DNA of 64,000 nucleotides, from the NCBI GenBank assembly GCA_903813345.2, contig CAIIXF020000001.1, forward strand, positions 41,850,001-41,914,000, written 5' to 3'. The DNA comes from Owenia fusiformis (lineage: Eukaryota). This document shows positions 51,401-64,000 of this stretch, in pieces; position 1 is the stretch's first letter, and each line of letters begins with the position of its first letter. The translations under genes were made by a program, and so were the position numbers. The notes below the pieces were generated by a model. It made no database searches. It was not told the DNA's origin and was given only the letters and a program-made list of their open reading frames with translations.

Positions 51401-54400
51401 TGTGACAATTTATTCCAGACTAAATGTAGTTATTTTGTCATTAAAATATCTTATTAGAGAAACGTTCAGGAAAAGTTGCGCTATCCACAAGACTTCTTGT
51501 CACTGCACTGATAAATGTAGCAAAATAGTCAAAATAATTCAGCCTTGAGCATGAAATTTTTGAATTTTTGGACAAATTTTGGGCTATTTTGGGGGATTTT
51601 TGCCCATAACGATACTAATCTACTTAAAACAGCTGTTTAAAGTTGTACAAATTGCTTAAGTGATTTATATTCTCTCATAAGTAGGACTATTTGCTACTTT
51701 ACTAAACTGAACATCATTGATTTTTCGTTTTTCATGAACTTCTGATGGCTAGTTCAAGTAGCATTGTCTTTTGTGCAGGTTTACTGAATACGTCCCTTTA
51801 AAATTGGGTCTTTCGTGGGTTTAAAGGGTCAAAATGTTGGAACTTTGCACACTGTGGAACGTTTGGGGTGTGTTTCCTTTAATTTGGCAAGAACTGCATC
51901 AAATTACTTGATAAGAGAGCAGAAATGTAGCAACTTAGGCTGAAAAGTACTGTTTTCAATGAAAAAACGAAAATTGCTGACTCAGCAAAATTTAGATCGT
52001 CGTCTCCAGAATTTTAGGGGTTAATTTGCAAAACTTTAAATGGTCCCATAGAAACATATGCGAAATATGGCTAAATTCGACATATTTCTCGAAATTCACT
52101 AATAAATGTGGTTGATATTAGGTAGAAAGCAACTTACTTTTTCACCCATTGGAATACATGTAAAATTGGCAAAGTTCAAATCATAATTTCTCAAATCCCA
52201 GCCCATCGAATCCTCACATCCATTCAGATCATGTAGTCCTATTCAAAAACTTCCCGTTCGGTTATATGGTGAAAAAAATATCCCACGAACGAAAAAAGAT
52301 TTTGCTACATTTATAAGCGAGCATTGATTTCTGGGCCTGTAAAAAGCACGTAGGACCTGATTACCCCATTGATTTACTGAGACCGCCAAAAATTTAATTC
52401 AATTTTTTGGTTCAAAATAATAATCTGTCAGCGGTCCCTGACACTCCTACTAGCTATCACCAAACATTAATTGCCAATACATGTACACATATACGTGCCA
52501 TACATCTACAAAGTAGCGAACTAGTGTATTAAGTACTACTTTTCCTATACGATGAGCAAAACAAATCTCAAGTAGGTTATATTGACCCTATTAGTGTCAT
52601 GGTTGACTGAATATGCATTTTATTCAATATGAATTTTAAAGTTCGGGGTTTTATGAAGTGATATGTACATTTTTGCTCAAATCCCCTCAGCACTTTTGAT
52701 TCTATAGGGTTCTCTTGACCCCTGGGGTCATTATATTTTGTGACAATTTATTCCAGACTAAATGTAGTTATTTTGTCATTAAAATATCTTATTAGAGAAA
52801 CGTTCAGGAAAAGTTGCGCTATCCACAAGACTTCTTGTCACTGCACTGATAAATGTAGCAAAATAGTCAAAATAATTCAGCCTTGAGCATGAAATTTTTG
52901 AATTTTTGGACAAATTTTGGGCTATTTTGGGGGATTTTTGCCCATAACGATACTAATCTACTTAAAACAGCTGTTTAAAGTTGTACAAATTGCTTAAGTG
53001 ATTTATATTCTCTCATAAGTAGGACTATTTGCTACTTTACTAAACTGAACATCATTGATTTTTCGTTTTTCATGAACTTCTGATGGCTAGTTCAAGTAGC
53101 ATTGTCTTTTGTGCAGGTTTACTGAATACGTCCCTTTAAAATTGGGTCTTTCGTGGGTTTAAAGGGTCAAAATGTTGGAACTTTGCACACTGTGGAACGT
53201 TTGGGGTGTGTTTCCTTTAATTTGGCAAGAACTGCATCAAATTACTTGATAAGAGAGCAGAAATGTAGCAACTTAGGCTGAAAAGTACTGTTTTCAATGA
53301 AAAAACGAAAATTGCTGACTCAGCAAAATTTAGATCGTCGTCTCCAGAATTTTAGGGGTTAATTTGCAAAACTTTAAATGGTCCCATAGAAACATATGCG
53401 AAATATGGCTAAATTCGACATATTTCTCGAAATTCACTAATAAATGTGGTTGATATTAGGTAGAAAGCAACTTACTTTTTCACCCATTGGAATACATGTA
53501 AAATTGGCAAAGTTCAAATCATAATTTCTCAAATCCCAGCCCATCGAATCCTCACATCCATTCAGATCATGTAGTCCTATTCAAAAACTTCCCGTTCGGT
53601 TATATGGTGAAAAAAATATCCCACGAACGAAAAAAGATTTTGCTACATTTATAAGCGAGCATTGATTTCTGGGCCTGTAAAAAGCACGTAGGACCTGATT
53701 ACCCCATTGATTTACTGAGACCGCCAAAAATTTAATTCAATTTTTTGGTTCAAAATAATAATCTGTCAGCGGTCCCTGACACTCCTACTAGCTATCACCA
53801 AACATTAATTGCCAATACATGTACACATATACGTGCCATACATCTACAAAGTAGCGAACTAGTGTATTAAGTACTACTTTTCCTATACGATGAGCAAAAC
53901 AAATCTCAAGTAGGTTATATTGACCCTATTAGTGTCATGGTTGACTGAATATGCATTTTATTCAATATGAATTTTAAAGTTCGGGGTTTTATGAAGTGAT
54001 ATGTACATTTTTGCTCAAATCCCCTCAGCACTTTTGATTCTATAGGGTTCTCTTGACCCCTGGGGTCATTATATTTTGTGACAATTTATTCCAGACTAAA
54101 TGTAGTTATTTTGTCATTAAAATATCTTATTAGAGAAACGTTCAGGAAAAGTTGCGCTATCCACAAGACTTCTTGTCACTGCACTGATAAATGTAGCAAA
54201 ATAGTCAAAATAATTCAGCCTTGAGCATGAAATTTTTGAATTTTTGGACAAATTTTGGGCTATTTTGGGGGATTTTTGCCCATAACGATACTAATCTACT
54301 TAAAACAGCTGTTTAAAGTTGTACAAATTGCTTAAGTGATTTATATTCTCTCATAAGTAGGACTATTTGCTACTTTACTAAACTGAACATCATTGATTTT

Positions 54401-57400
54401 TCGTTTTTCATGAACTTCTGATGGCTAGTTCAAGTAGCATTGTCTTTTGTGCAGGTTTACTGAATACGTCCCTTTAAAATTGGGTCTTTCGTGGGTTTAA
54501 AGGGTCAAAATGTTGGAACTTTGCACACTGTGGAACGTTTGGGGTGTGTTTCCTTTAATTTGGCAAGAACTGCATCAAATTACTTGATAAGAGAGCAGAA
54601 ATGTAGCAACTTAGGCTGAAAAGTACTGTTTTCAATGAAAAAACGAAAATTGCTGACTCAGCAAAATTTAGATCGTCGTCTCCAGAATTTTAGGGGTTAA
54701 TTTGCAAAACTTTAAATGGTCCCATAGAAACATATGCGAAATATGGCTAAATTCGACATATTTCTCGAAATTCACTAATAAATGTGGTTGATATTAGTGT
54801 CATGGTTGACTGAATATGCATTTTATTCAATATGAATTTTAAAGTTCGGGGTTTTATGAAGTGATATGTACATTTTTGCTCAAATCCCCTCAGCACTTTT
54901 GATTCTATAGGGTTCTCTTGACCCCTGGGGTCATTATATTTTGTGACAATTTATTCCAGACTAAATGTAGTTATTTTGTCATTAAAATATCTTATTAGAG
55001 AAACGTTCAGGAAAAGTTGCGCTATCCACAAGACTTCTTGTCACTGCACTGATAAATGTAGCAAAATAGTCAAAATAATTCAGCCTTGAGCATGAAATTT
55101 TTGAATTTTTGGACAAATTTTGGGCTATTTTGGGGGATTTTTGCCCATAACGATACTAATCTACTTAAAACAGCTGTTTAAAGTTGTACAAATTGCTTAA
55201 GTGATTTATATTCTCTCATAAGTAGGACTATTTGCTACTTTACTAAACTGAACATCATTGATTTTTCGTTTTTCATGAACTTCTGATGGCTAGTTCAAGT
55301 AGCATTGTCTTTTGTGCAGGTTTACTGAATACGTCCCTTTAAAATTGGGTCTTTCGTGGGTTTAAAGGGTCAAAATGTTGGAACTTTGCACACTGTGGAA
55401 CGTTTGGGGTGTGTTTCCTTTAATTTGGCAAGAACTGCATCAAATTACTTGATAAGAGAGCAGAAATGTAGCAACTTAGGCTGAAAAGTACTGTTTTCAA
55501 TGAAAAAACGAAAATTGCTGACTCAGCAAAATTTAGATCGTCGTCTCCAGAATTTTAGGGGTTAATTTGCAAAACTTTAAATGGTCCCATAGAAACATAT
55601 GCGAAATATGGCTAAATTCGACATATTTCTCGAAATTCACTAATAAATGTGGTTGATATTAGGTAGAAAGCAACTTACTTTTTCACCCATTGGAATACAT
55701 GTAAAATTGGCAAAGTTCAAATCATAATTTCTCAAATCCCAGCCCATCGAATCCTCACATCCATTCAGATCATGTAGTCCTATTCAAAAACTTCCCGTTC
55801 GGTTATATGGTGAAAAAAATATCCCACGAACGAAAAAAGATTTTGCTACATTTATAAGCGAGCATTGATTTCTGGGCCTGTAAAAAGCACGTAGGACCTG
55901 ATTACCCCATTGATTTACTGAGACCGCCAAAAATTTAATTCAATTTTTTGGTTCAAAATAATAATCTGTCAGCGGTCCCTGACACTCCTACTAGCTATCA
56001 CCAAACATTAATTGCCAATACATGTACACATATACGTGCCATACATCTACAAAGTAGCGAACTAGTGTATTAAGTACTACTTTTCCTATACGATGAGCAA
56101 AACAAATCTCAAGTAGGTTATATTGACCCTATTAGTGTCATGGTTGACTGAATATGCATTTTATTCAATATGAATTTTAAAGTTCGGGGTTTTATGAAGT
56201 GATATGTACATTTTTGCTCAAATCCCCTCAGCACTTTTGATTCTATAGGGTTCTCTTGACCCCTGGGGTCATTATATTTTGTGACAATTTATTCCAGACT
56301 AAATGTAGTTATTTTGTCATTAAAATATCTTATTAGAGAAACGTTCAGGAAAAGTTGCGCTATCCACAAGACTTCTTGTCACTGCACTGATAAATGTAGC
56401 AAAATAGTCAAAATAATTCAGCCTTGAGCATGAAATTTTTGAATTTTTGGACAAATTTTGGGCTATTTTGGGGGATTTTTGCCCATAACGATACTAATCT
56501 ACTTAAAACAGCTGTTTAAAGTTGTACAAATTGCTTAAGTGATTTATATTCTCTCATAAGTAGGACTATTTGCTACTTTACTAAACTGAACATCATTGAT
56601 TTTTCGTTTTTCATGAACTTCTGATGGCTAGTTCAAGTAGCATTGTCTTTTGTGCAGGTTTACTGAATACGTCCCTTTAAAATTGGGTCTTTCGTGGGTT
56701 TAAAGGGTCAAAATGTTGGAACTTTGCACACTGTGGAACGTTTGGGGTGTGTTTCCTTTAATTTGGCAAGAACTGCATCAAATTACTTGATAAGAGAGCA
56801 GAAATGTAGCAACTTAGGCTGAAAAGTACTGTTTTCAATGAAAAAACGAAAATTGCTGACTCAGCAAAATTTAGATCGTCGTCTCCAGAATTTTAGGGGT
56901 TAATTTGCAAAACTTTAAATGGTCCCATAGAAACATATGCGAAATATGGCTAAATTCGACATATTTCTCGAAATTCACTAATAAATGTGGTTGATATTAG
57001 TGTCATGGTTGACTGAATATGCATTTTATTCAATATGAATTTTAAAGTTCGGGGTTTTATGAAGTGATATGTACATTTTTGCTCAAATCCCCTCAGCACT
57101 TTTGATTCTATAGGGTTCTCTTGACCCCTGGGGTCATTATATTTTGTGACAATTTATTCCAGACTAAATGTAGTTATTTTGTCATTAAAATATCTTATTA
57201 GAGAAACGTTCAGGAAAAGTTGCGCTATCCACAAGACTTCTTGTCACTGCACTGATAAATGTAGCAAAATAGTCAAAATAATTCAGCCTTGAGCATGAAA
57301 TTTTTGAATTTTTGGACAAATTTTGGGCTATTTTGGGGGATTTTTGCCCATAACGATACTAATCTACTTAAAACAGCTGTTTAAAGTTGTACAAATTGCT

Positions 57401-60400
57401 TAAGTGATTTATATTCTCTCATAAGTAGGACTATTTGCTACTTTACTAAACTGAACATCATTGATTTTTCGTTTTTCATGAACTTCTGATGGCTAGTTCA
57501 AGTAGCATTGTCTTTTGTGCAGGTTTACTGAATACGTCCCTTTAAAATTGGGTCTTTCGTGGGTTTAAAGGGTCAAAATGTTGGAACTTTGCACACTGTG
57601 GAACGTTTGGGGTGTGTTTCCTTTAATTTGGCAAGAACTGCATCAAATTACTTGATAAGAGAGCAGAAATGTAGCAACTTAGGCTGAAAAGTACTGTTTT
57701 CAATGAAAAAAACGAAAATTGCTGACTCAGCAAAATTTAGATCGTCGTCTCCAGAATTTTAGGGGTTAATTTGCAAAACTTTAAATGGTCCCATAGAAAC
57801 ATATGCGAAATATGGCTAAATTCGACATATTTCTCGAAATTCACTAATAAATGTGGTTGATATTAGTGTCATGGTTGACTGAATATGCATTTTATTCAAT
57901 ATGAATTTTAAAGTTCGGGGTTTTATGAAGTGATATGTACATTTTTGCTCAAATCCCCTCAGCACTTTTGATTCTATAGGGTTCTCTTGACCCCTGGGGT
58001 CATTATATTTTGTGACAATTTATTCCAGACTAAATGTAGTTATTTTGTCATTAAAATATCTTATTAGAGAAACGTTCAGGAAAAGTTGCGCTATCCACAA
58101 GACTTCTTGTCACTGCACTGATAAATGTAGCAAAATAGTCAAAATAATTCAGCCTTGAGCATGAAATTTTTGAATTTTTGGACAAATTTTGGGCTATTTT
58201 GGGGGATTTTTGCCCATAACGATACTAATCTACTTAAAACAGCTGTTTAAAGTTGTACAAATTGCTTAAGTGATTTATATTCTCTCATAAGTAGGACTAT
58301 TTGCTACTTTACTAAACTGAACATCATTGATTTTTCGTTTTTCATGAACTTCTGATGGCTAGTTCAAGTAGCATTGTCTTTTGTGCAGGTTTACTGAATA
58401 CGTCCCTTTAAAATTGGGTCTTTCGTGGGTTTAAAGGGTCAAAATGTTGGAACTTTGCACACTGTGGAACGTTTGGGGTGTGTTTCCTTTAATTTGGCAA
58501 GAACTGCATCAAATTACTTGATAAGAGAGCAGAAATGTAGCAACTTAGGCTGAAAAGTACTGTTTTCAATGAAAAAACGAAAATTGCTGACTCAGCAAAA
58601 TTTAGATCGTCGTCTCCAGAATTTTAGGGGTTAATTTGCAAAACTTTAAATGGTCCCATAGAAACATATGCGAAATATGGCTAAATTCGACATATTTCTC
58701 GAAATTCACTAATAAATGTGGTTGATATTAGGTAGAAAGCAACTTACTTTTTCACCCATTGGAATACATGTAAAATTGGCAAAGTTCAAATCATAATTTC
58801 TCAAATCCCAGCCCATCGAATCCTCACATCCATTCAGATCATGTAGTCCTATTCAAAAACTTCCCGTTCGGTTATATGGTGAAAAAAATATCCCACGAAC
58901 GAAAAAAGATTTTGCTACATTTATAAGCGAGCATTGATTTCTGGGCCTGTAAAAAGCACGTAGGACCTGATTACCCCATTGATTTACTGAGACCGCCAAA
59001 AATTTAATTCAATTTTTTGGTTCAAAATAATAATCTGTCAGCGGTCCCTGACACTCCTACTAGCTATCACCAAACATTAATTGCCAATACATGTACACAT
59101 ATACGTGCCATACATCTACAAAGTAGCGAACTAGTGTATTAAGTACTACTTTTCCTATACGATGAGCAAAACAAATCTCAAGTAGGTTATATTGACCCTA
59201 TTAGTGTCATGGTTGACTGAATATGCATTTTATTCAATATGAATTTTAAAGTTCGGGGTTTTATGAAGTGATATGTACATTTTTGCTCAAATCCCCTCAG
59301 CACTTTTGATTCTATAGGGTTCTCTTGACCCCTGGGGTCATTATATTTTGTGACAATTTATTCCAGACTAAATGTAGTTATTTTGTCATTAAAATATCTT
59401 ATTAGAGAAACGTTCAGGAAAAGTTGCGCTATCCACAAGACTTCTTGTCACTGCACTGATAAATGTAGCAAAATAGTCAAAATAATTCAGCCTTGAGCAT
59501 GAAATTTTTGAATTTTTGGACAAATTTTGGGCTATTTTGGGGGATTTTTGCCCATAACGATACTAATCTACTTAAAACAGCTGTTTAAAGTTGTACAAAT
59601 TGCTTAAGTGATTTATATTCTCTCATAAGTAGGACTATTTGCTACTTTACTAAACTGAACATCATTGATTTTTCGTTTTTCATGAACTTCTGATGGCTAG
59701 TTCAAGTAGCATTGTCTTTTGTGCAGGTTTACTGAATACGTCCCTTTAAAATTGGGTCTTTCGTGGGTTTAAAGGGTCAAAATGTTGGAACTTTGCACAC
59801 TGTGGAACGTTTGGGGTGTGTTTCCTTTAATTTGGCAAGAACTGCATCAAATTACTTGATAAGAGAGCAGAAATGTAGCAACTTAGGCTGAAAAGTACTG
59901 TTTTCAATGAAAAAACGAAAATTGCTGACTCAGCAAAATTTAGATCGTCGTCTCCAGAATTTTAGGGGTTAATTTGCAAAACTTTAAATGGTCCCATAGA
60001 AACATATGCGAAATATGGCTAAATTCGACATATTTCTCGAAATTCACTAATAAATGTGGTTGATATTAGGTAGAAAGCAACTTACTTTTTCACCCATTGG
60101 AATACATGTAAAATTGGCAAAGTTCAAATCATAATTTCTCAAATCCCAGCCCATCGAATCCTCACATCCATTCAGATCATGTAGTCCTATTCAAAAACTT
60201 CCCGTTCGGTTATATGGTGAAAAAAATATCCCACGAACGAAAAAAGATTTTGCTACATTTATAAGCGAGCATTGATTTCTGGGCCTGTAAAAAGCACGTA
60301 GGACCTGATTACCCCATTGATTTACTGAGACCGCCAAAAATTTAATTCAATTTTTTGGTTCAAAATAATAATCTGTCAGCGGTCCCTGACACTCCTACTA

Positions 60401-63400
60401 GCTATCACCAAACATTAATTGCCAATACATGTACACATATACGTGCCATACATCTACAAAGTAGCGAACTAGTGTATTAAGTACTACTTTTCCTATACGA
60501 TGAGCAAAACAAATCTCAAGTAGGTTATATTGACCCTATTAGTGTCATGGTTGACTGAATATGCATTTTATTCAATATGAATTTTAAAGTTCGGGGTTTT
60601 ATGAAGTGATATGTACATTTTTGCTCAAATCCCCTCAGCACTTTTGATTCTATAGGGTTCTCTTGACCCCTGGGGTCATTATATTTTGTGACAATTTATT
60701 CCAGACTAAATGTAGTTATTTTGTCATTAAAATATCTTATTAGAGAAACGTTCAGGAAAAGTTGCGCTATCCACAAGACTTCTTGTCACTGCACTGATAA
60801 ATGTAGCAAAATAGTCAAAATAATTCAGCCTTGAGCATGAAATTTTTGAATTTTTGGACAAATTTTGGGCTATTTTGGGGGATTTTTGCCCATAACGATA
60901 CTAATCTACTTAAAACAGCTGTTTAAAGTTGTACAAATTGCTTAAGTGATTTATATTCTCTCATAAGTAGGACTATTTGCTACTTTACTAAACTGAACAT
61001 CATTGATTTTTCGTTTTTCATGAACTTCTGATGGCTAGTTCAAGTAGCATTGTCTTTTGTGCAGGTTTACTGAATACGTCCCTTTAAAATTGGGTCTTTC
61101 GTGGGTTTAAAGGGTCAAAATGTTGGAACTTTGCACACTGTGGAACGTTTGGGGTGTGTTTCCTTTAATTTGGCAAGAACTGCATCAAATTACTTGATAA
61201 GAGAGCAGAAATGTAGCAACTTAGGCTGAAAAGTACTGTTTTCAATGAAAAAACGAAAATTGCTGACTCAGCAAAATTTAGATCGTCGTCTCCAGAATTT
61301 TAGGGGTTAATTTGCAAAACTTTAAATGGTCCCATAGAAACATATGCGAAATATGGCTAAATTCGACATATTTCTCGAAATTCACTAATAAATGTGGTTG
61401 ATATTAGTGTCATGGTTGACTGAATATGCATTTTATTCAATATGAATTTTAAAGTTCGGGGTTTTATGAAGTGATATGTACATTTTTGCTCAAATCCCCT
61501 CAGCACTTTTGATTCTATAGGGTTCTCTTGACCCCTGGGGTCATTATATTTTGTGACAATTTATTCCAGACTAAATGTAGTTATTTTGTCATTAAAATAT
61601 CTTATTAGAGAAACGTTCAGGAAAAGTTGCGCTATCCACAAGACTTCTTGTCACTGCACTGATAAATGTAGCAAAATAGTCAAAATAATTCAGCCTTGAG
61701 CATGAAATTTTTGAATTTTTGGACAAATTTTGGGCTATTTTGGGGGATTTTTGCCCATAACGATACTAATCTACTTAAAACAGCTGTTTAAAGTTGTACA
61801 AATTGCTTAAGTGATTTATATTCTCTCATAAGTAGGACTATTTGCTACTTTACTAAACTGAACATCATTGATTTTTCGTTTTTCATGAACTTCTGATGGC
61901 TAGTTCAAGTAGCATTGTCTTTTGTGCAGGTTTACTGAATACGTCCCTTTAAAATTGGGTCTTTCGTGGGTTTAAAGGGTCAAAATGTTGGAACTTTGCA
62001 CACTGTGGAACGTTTGGGGTGTGTTTCCTTTAATTTGGCAAGAACTGCATCAAATTACTTGATAAGAGAGCAGAAATGTAGCAACTTAGGCTGAAAAGTA
62101 CTGTTTTCAATGAAAAAACGAAAATTGCTGACTCAGCAAAATTTAGATCGTCGTCTCCAGAATTTTAGGGGTTAATTTGCAAAACTTTAAATGGTCCCAT
62201 AGAAACATATGCGAAATATGGCTAAATTCGACATATTTCTCGAAATTCACTAATAAATGTGGTTGATATTAGTGTCATGGTTGACTGAATATGCATTTTA
62301 TTCAATATGAATTTTAAAGTTCGGGGTTTTATGAAGTGATATGTACATTTTTGCTCAAATCCCCTCAGCACTTTTGATTCTATAGGGTTCTCTTGACCCC
62401 TGGGGTCATTATATTTTGTGACAATTTATTCCAGACTAAATGTAGTTATTTTGTCATTAAAATATCTTATTAGAGAAACGTTCAGGAAAAGTTGCGCTAT
62501 CCACAAGACTTCTTGTCACTGCACTGATAAATGTAGCAAAATAGTCAAAATAATTCAGCCTTGAGCATGAAATTTTTGAATTTTTGGACAAATTTTGGGC
62601 TATTTTGGGGGATTTTTGCCCATAACGATACTAATCTACTTAAAACAGCTGTTTAAAGTTGTACAAATTGCTTAAGTGATTTATATTCTCTCATAAGTAG
62701 GACTATTTGCTACTTTACTAAACTGAACATCATTGATTTTTCGTTTTTCATGAACTTCTGATGGCTAGTTCAAGTAGCATTGTCTTTTGTGCAGGTTTAC
62801 TGAATACGTCCCTTTAAAATTGGGTCTTTCGTGGGTTTAAAGGGTCAAAATGTTGGAACTTTGCACACTGTGGAACGTTTGGGGTGTGTTTCCTTTAATT
62901 TGGCAAGAACTGCATCAAATTACTTGATAAGAGAGCAGAAATGTAGCAACTTAGGCTGAAAAGTACTGTTTTCAATGAAAAAACGAAAATTGCTGACTCA
63001 GCAAAATTTAGATCGTCGTCTCCAGAATTTTAGGGGTTAATTTGCAAAACTTTAAATGGTCCCATAGAAACATATGCGAAATATGGCTAAATTCGACATA
63101 TTTCTCGAAATTCACTAATAAATGTGGTTGATATTAGTGTCATGGTTGACTGAATATGCATTTTATTCAATATGAATTTTAAAGTTCGGGGTTTTATGAA
63201 GTGATATGTACATTTTTGCTCAAATCCCCTCAGCACTTTTGATTCTATAGGGTTCTCTTGACCCCTGGGGTCATTATATTTTGTGACAATTTATTCCAGA
63301 CTAAATGTAGTTATTTTGTCATTAAAATATCTTATTAGAGAAACGTTCAGGAAAAGTTGCGCTATCCACAAGACTTCTTGTCACTGCACTGATAAATGTA

Positions 63401-64000
63401 GCAAAATAGTCAAAATAATTCAGCCTTGAGCATGAAATTTTTGAATTTTTGGACAAATTTTGGGCTATTTTGGGGGATTTTTGCCCATAACGATACTAAT
63501 CTACTTAAAACAGCTGTTTAAAGTTGTACAAATTGCTTAAGTGATTTATATTCTCTCATAAGTAGGACTATTTGCTACTTTACTAAACTGAACATCATTG
63601 ATTTTTCGTTTTTCATGAACTTCTGATGGCTAGTTCAAGTAGCATTGTCTTTTGTGCAGGTTTACTGAATACGTCCCTTTAAAATTGGGTCTTTCGTGGG
63701 TTTAAAGGGTCAAAATGTTGGAACTTTGCACACTGTGGAACGTTTGGGGTGTGTTTCCTTTAATTTGGCAAGAACTGCATCAAATTACTTGATAAGAGAG
63801 CAGAAATGTAGCAACTTAGGCTGAAAAGTACTGTTTTCAATGAAAAAACGAAAATTGCTGACTCAGCAAAATTTAGATCGTCGTCTCCAGAATTTTAGGG
63901 GTTAATTTGCAAAACTTTAAATGGTCCCATAGAAACATATGCGAAATATGGCTAAATTCGACATATTTCTCGAAATTCACTAATAAATGTGGTTGATATT
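42445..64000. repeat. Two-module macrosatellite: 9 x A (473 bp) and 20 x B (865 bp; last copy cut by the window end)
   Basis: A starts at 42445, 43783, 47716, 50784, 52122, 53460, 55663, 58732, 60070. B starts at 42918, 44256, 45121, 45986, 46851, 48189, 49054, 49919, 51257, 52595, 53933, 54798, 56136, 57001 (866 bp, one extra A), 57867, 59205, 60543, 61408, 62273, 63138. The track shows no ORFs in this region. Confidence 0.97.

Overview
This is AT-rich metazoan (marine-invertebrate-like) genomic DNA, not prokaryotic. From left to right it contains: (1) two candidate alternative last exons of an EB1/MAPRE gene that starts upstream of the window (328-375 ending EEY*, 3010-3087 ending ETY*); (2) an initiator tRNA-Met gene (9608-9679, minus); (3) an intronless 99-aa ORF with a signal peptide and 6 Cys (10981-11280, minus), head-to-head with the next gene; (4) a complete 15-exon leishmanolysin-like/invadolysin M8 metalloprotease gene LMLN (11444-25130, plus, 661 aa); (5) a complete 14-exon nucleolar GTPase gene GTPBP4/NOG1 (42357-31138, minus, 637 aa), convergent with LMLN; (6) from 42445 to the window end, a >21.5 kb nearly homogeneous array of two modules, A (473 bp) and B (865 bp). 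Both modules end in TATTAG and are ordered irregularly (A-B1-A-B4-A-B3-A-B1-A-B1-A-B2-A-B3-A-B1-A-B4+, never AA). The array begins only 87 bp upstream of the GTPBP4 start codon. Introns and intergenic DNA carry minisatellites (92, 126 and 31 bp) and several non-autonomous DNA transposons (Tc1/mariner-type, TTAA/Kolobok-like, CAGG-ended MITEs, Helentron/HINE-like). Exon boundaries were read by hand from GT/AG sites and frame continuity; no database searches were run.
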